Positions 58,291 through 64,000 of a stretch of 64,000 nt of DNA are shown here, one piece after another. This DNA is from the human T2T-CHM13v2.0 reference genome, Homo sapiens. The DNA lies in NCBI RefSeq assembly GCF_009914755.1, contig NC_060925.1. One strand, given 5' to 3'. The position numbers and the translations under genes are program-made. The notes below the pieces were generated by a model. That model did no database searches. It saw nothing but the letters and a program-made list of their open reading frames with translations, and had not been told where the DNA came from. How positions within the stretch are numbered: the first letter of the stretch is position 1; the number at the start of each line of letters is the position of its first letter.

Positions 58291-60452
58291 AATACTCCTG
58301 CCCACCTCACAGAGTTGCAAGGATCAGAAAAGATGATGATTTAGAAAGCCTCATTTGAAAATTACAAGGTGTTATACAAAGAGAAGATTGGATATGATTT
58401 GGATTGCGGCTTTGGCAATATACTTATACTTTTGACCATTTCACTCAGGCTGACCAAATGCCTGATATGCTAATTGGACACAAATCACTACCCATCTACC
58501 AAGGCTTGTGCTTTAAAATTGGGGCTCAGAGAAATCAGCAAGACTTTTAGCTGCAGGAACAGGGACTGTCATAGAAGCTCACTATGCCCTTGGAGGTTTT
58601 GCTGCTGTATGAGATCGTCACAGAGGACCTGCTGAAACCCCTAACCGTCTATAGCTGTTGCAGCTACACCTTCTCAACCAGCAGGCTTGGGTGCCCAGAA
58701 GTAGCTCTGTGGGGACTCAGCTTGTTGCTGCTGGGTTAACCTGGTGGGGTGCACCCGATAGGAAAAGGGTCAGAAGCACCAGAGGCCACAGACACTTGGA
58801 GGTGAGCCAGGCCTGGAATTCCATTTATTTTGTGCCTAAGAGGAAAGAAGACCTGTCCTGAAATTTCCATTTGGGGGCTGAAACTTTCTTGTTAGGACAC
58901 TACAAAAATCCCTGTTGGCCTGATTTCATAAGTGTCAGTACCTAAAACTGAGCACCGAAAGCACTTCCCATAAAAGCAAAAGTGGTCTTGTTCATTGCCG
59001 CCTTGTGGCAGTTTAGCCCTACAGCACCAGCCAAGGTGAGCTGGCCCCTGCTCCCCGACACGTGGGTCATTTATAGGATCACCCTTCTCAGGAATGCCAC
59101 ATCTGTTTTCTTTTCACCAGTCTTTCTTTTGGGAACTCATGCACCATTAGCTTGTCTCATTGAGCTGTTTGGGTGAACTTGGCCAATCAGTCAAGTCTTT
59201 CTCTGGTCCCCATTTCTCTTTTCTACCTCAACCCACCCTCCTTGAATTACATAACCTTTAAGATTCTTGCAACCGTGAAATGTTTTGGCTCTTCCAAACG
59301 TGATCTGGGCTTCCCAAGTAATATATTAAAAGAAAGGTTTTATTTTGTATTGTTTTGTTTTGCAAATCAAAAAATAAATCTCAAGTCTCTCCCGAATGGG
59401 CCCCAGTGCTCTGCAAGAACAGCTCCCCAAGGGATTTCTGCACCATGAGATAAGGTGGCTGGCTGCCAGAGGGGCCACTGGATCTTCAAAGGCTGCCTAA
59501 TTAAGTTCCAGCCAGCAGTCTACCTCTGTGGGCCAGGGGCTCTTGGGAGATAAGACACGAGACACATCCAGAGATGGAGGATGGAGCTTTGCTCCAGTAA
59601 TGAAATAAATCAAGAGCAGCCCACCTCGTTTGCAAATGGAAATCATTCTAACAGGAGGCCTGCAGTCATCTGAGAGAGCAAGGGAGAGTCTCCATTGGAT
59701 TGGAGGCCCCTGGCCTTCCTGCCCACTCTCCAGGGCTCTGATGGGGTACAATTATGGTGTTAACTGGGATGGGAAGATAAGGCAAGATGTCATTAATGGA
59801 GGAGAGCATGTTTTCTTAATTCCAGAAGCTAATCCCCAGTGACTCACTCCTCTCGAGCCTCCCACAGGGATGTGGAGGCATTAAAGGTGCATTGTTTATT
59901 CATGTGACCTAAGTATTTTGCTGCTTTCCTTAGACTTCTGATTACATTCTGTGGTCTTCCTGCTGCCAAAATGGTATAGCAGCATTTTGCTATAATTTTA
60001 TAGCAGGATTGTTCTCCTTTTTTGCACTTTGAATAAAAGAGTTCCCAGGGCTTCGACTATCCTTCAAGTTTCAATTTTTTTTGTAAATCCTAAGCAGAGC
60101 CACCACCTGAGAGATCACAAGATTTGCTCAACTTAGAAGACAGGTAAATTGAAAGTTATAAAACAAGGAATCTGGCCACCTCAACTCCTGTACTAACTGC
60201 AGAGTATATATTTTTTCTCATTGAACCTACCTGGATTATAATAGTAGAGTTTTCTTTAATAGACTTCAAAGTATGGGTTCAGACACAGAGTAACTCTCAA
60301 ACTTTGAATTGCAAAGGCTTTCACTGCAAACCTTCATGAGATGTACATATACCCCTTATGGAAAATGATATCAAAATCCACTGCAGCAGTGATCCTTACC
60401 TGATGGTTTCTTTGGTGTCACCCGCCCTCCAACTCGCTCATCTCCAAAATAA

Positions 60453-60771
<319 letters not shown>

Positions 60772-61036
60772 CGATTCTTTTTTCTGCTCTATTGGTGCTC
60801 GCTTCAATTCACCCCGACGTCTGGGTAGAATCGGGGTTCTTCAGTGGATGCAGCTTGGGTATTTACTCCTGGAGTGCATGAGATTTCTTCAGGACCTCGA
60901 AATTTAAATTTGTTCTACACCAAAGCTATCACATGTCTCACCTTTAAATAAGAGCCCAAAACATTTATATATCTAATCACCGCACTAGCCTCATATCTAC
61001 CCTGAAAACATTAGGTTTTAGTTACAAATAGTTTCA

Positions 61037-61785
<749 letters not shown>

Positions 61786-62073
61786 TGGTGGTCTGGGAAG
61801 CCTGGCTGGTGATTAGGAAAGTGAAGGCAGTCAGTAAAGGTGCTGTATTGACTGGGATTGTACTGAGAACACCTGAGGCTCAATGCCACTGGGGAACTCT
61901 GGGAGACAGCATAGAACACACATATTGGAGTGATCCCAGCCAAGATGAGAGGGAGCCGGGGTATTCACCTTCCATCTCCCATTTGTCTCTAGCGCAGGCT
62001 CCCAGGGTTCCCGCCAGCAGGGAGAAAACCCTTACGCTGAGCATTGCATGTGTTTGAAGTATGAAGCGGTTGA

Positions 62074-62370
62074 GGCTGGGCACAGTGGCTCAAGCCTGTA
62101 ACCCTGCACTTTGGGAGGTCAAGGTGGGAGGATCACTTGAGGCCAGGAGTTCAAGACTGAGCAACATGGCAAGACCCCATCTCTACAAAAAAAAAAAAAA
62201 TTAAGTTAGCCAAGTGTGCTGGTGCACACCTGTAGGCCCAGCTACTCAGGAGACTGAGGCTGGAGGATTACTTCAGCCCAGGAGGTCCAGGCTGCAGTGA
62301 GCTATCATCATGCCACTACACTCCAGCCTGGGCCACAGAGCAAGACCCTGTCTCAGAAAACAAAAAAAGA
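62074..62370 (+). mobile_element. AluJ
   Basis: gggaggatcacttgaggccagg, gctgcagtgagctat diagnostics. Confidence 0.93.
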
Positions 62371-63067
62371 ATTGGTTGACATTACTGGAATGCTGCGTGC
62401 TAATTTGAGCAGGGGAATGACAGCATTGGCCACACACAAAAAATTAAAAAATAATTGAATCCCACCCTAGATACCTTATTCCAAGCCCAGTGATGTTCCC
62501 AGGGCCCAGTACATAGCAATGCAGACGGACTTTCTGTTGCCAAAGACTACAGCAGGGATCTAGTGGTATCTAAGAAAAGGAGGATGAATGGAAAATATCT
62601 TGGTTTTAGCCTCCCTAGGATGCTAGTGGGTCAATAACTATAGTCTCAATCTATGTGGACTCTAATTCAATTGGGAAAAATCTCCTCTGCCATGGTTAAT
62701 TCCAGTATGAGCTAAACCATGGAGGCTAGGGTTGGCAGCGGTGGTGGTCTCAGTCACCTATCTCACTCGAGGTACCATTCTTCCCCATCCAACGTATTCA
62801 AAATCTCTTCATTTCTTTTTCCCCTTGAACCCTAGGTGAGAGGGCTCCAGTTCTTCATTCGCAGGTAGCTCAGTCTAGTGCAAACCTCTCCACAGTGGCA
62901 AGTCCAAGTCCTTTGCCACCATCACAATTGCTGGTGCAGCAGCCTGTCCTGTGGGATTGCTGGGGCTTGACCCTGCCTCTAAGGAAAGATCCCCATCCCT
63001 ACCCCATATTTATTTCAGCTGGAAAATTGTGCTCCATGGATTCCTGAATGGAAGCACCTTTAAAAAA

Positions 63068-63722
<655 letters not shown>

Positions 63723-64000
63723 TTAGAATTACCTGGGCAATGTCCATCCTCTGCTTCATTTTCCCCTGTTTTTCCTCACTTTTAATTTTTATCTGCTGTA
63801 TTTATTGGCTATGGTTAGTCATCCTAAAGCTGAGATTCTGGCTCAGGAATTCATCTCGTCTCCTCAGCCATGGGGTTGGGGGTCTCTCATTCTGGGAGGG
63901 GGCGCTGTCCTAAGTCCTTTAGATGCCCTGACTACTTCAAATCTCACAACAACATCAAAGGGTGGATTAGATCAGCATTTTGCAGCTAAAAAAGAAAGAA

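Noticed and set aside
63891-63908. CTCF-like GGAGGGGGCGC
   Set aside because: 5' half of the motif matches poorly

Overview
Human/primate non-coding genomic DNA, mostly made of transposable elements. I recognised no cellular protein-coding exon, RNA gene or CpG-island gene promoter, and could not assign a chromosomal locus. The only real coding remnants belong to a minus-strand L1PA2/3-type LINE-1 whose 5' 4.5 kb fills 1-4500; its ORF1 and ORF2 are disabled but its antisense ORF0 is intact. The rest consists of older L1M/L1PB/L2 fragments, MIRs, about 20 Alus, solo LTRs (LTR12, MER50/LTR9-like, THE1, MLT1/MLT2/MST, LTR16-like), DNA-transposon MITEs (MER20, MER5A, MER3, MER53, MER91) and simple repeats. 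Four observations stand out. (1) The L1 antisense promoter has lost two repression sites (mutated YY1 motif, no ZNF93 segment), keeps ORF0 and both its splice donors, and points at a correctly ordered donor/acceptor/polyA set at 8.4-9.6 kb that could give a chimeric transcript and an in-frame ORF0 fusion. (2) A complete LTR12 promoter is followed ~35 nt later by a consensus splice donor. (3) There are two fold-back inverted duplications inside one old L1. (4) Several tandem repeats arose inside TEs (35-bp VNTR from a MIR core, CAG tract from MER5A). All transcript models are hypotheses from motifs only. Subfamily names come from memory of consensus sequences and most old-element boundaries are approximate.
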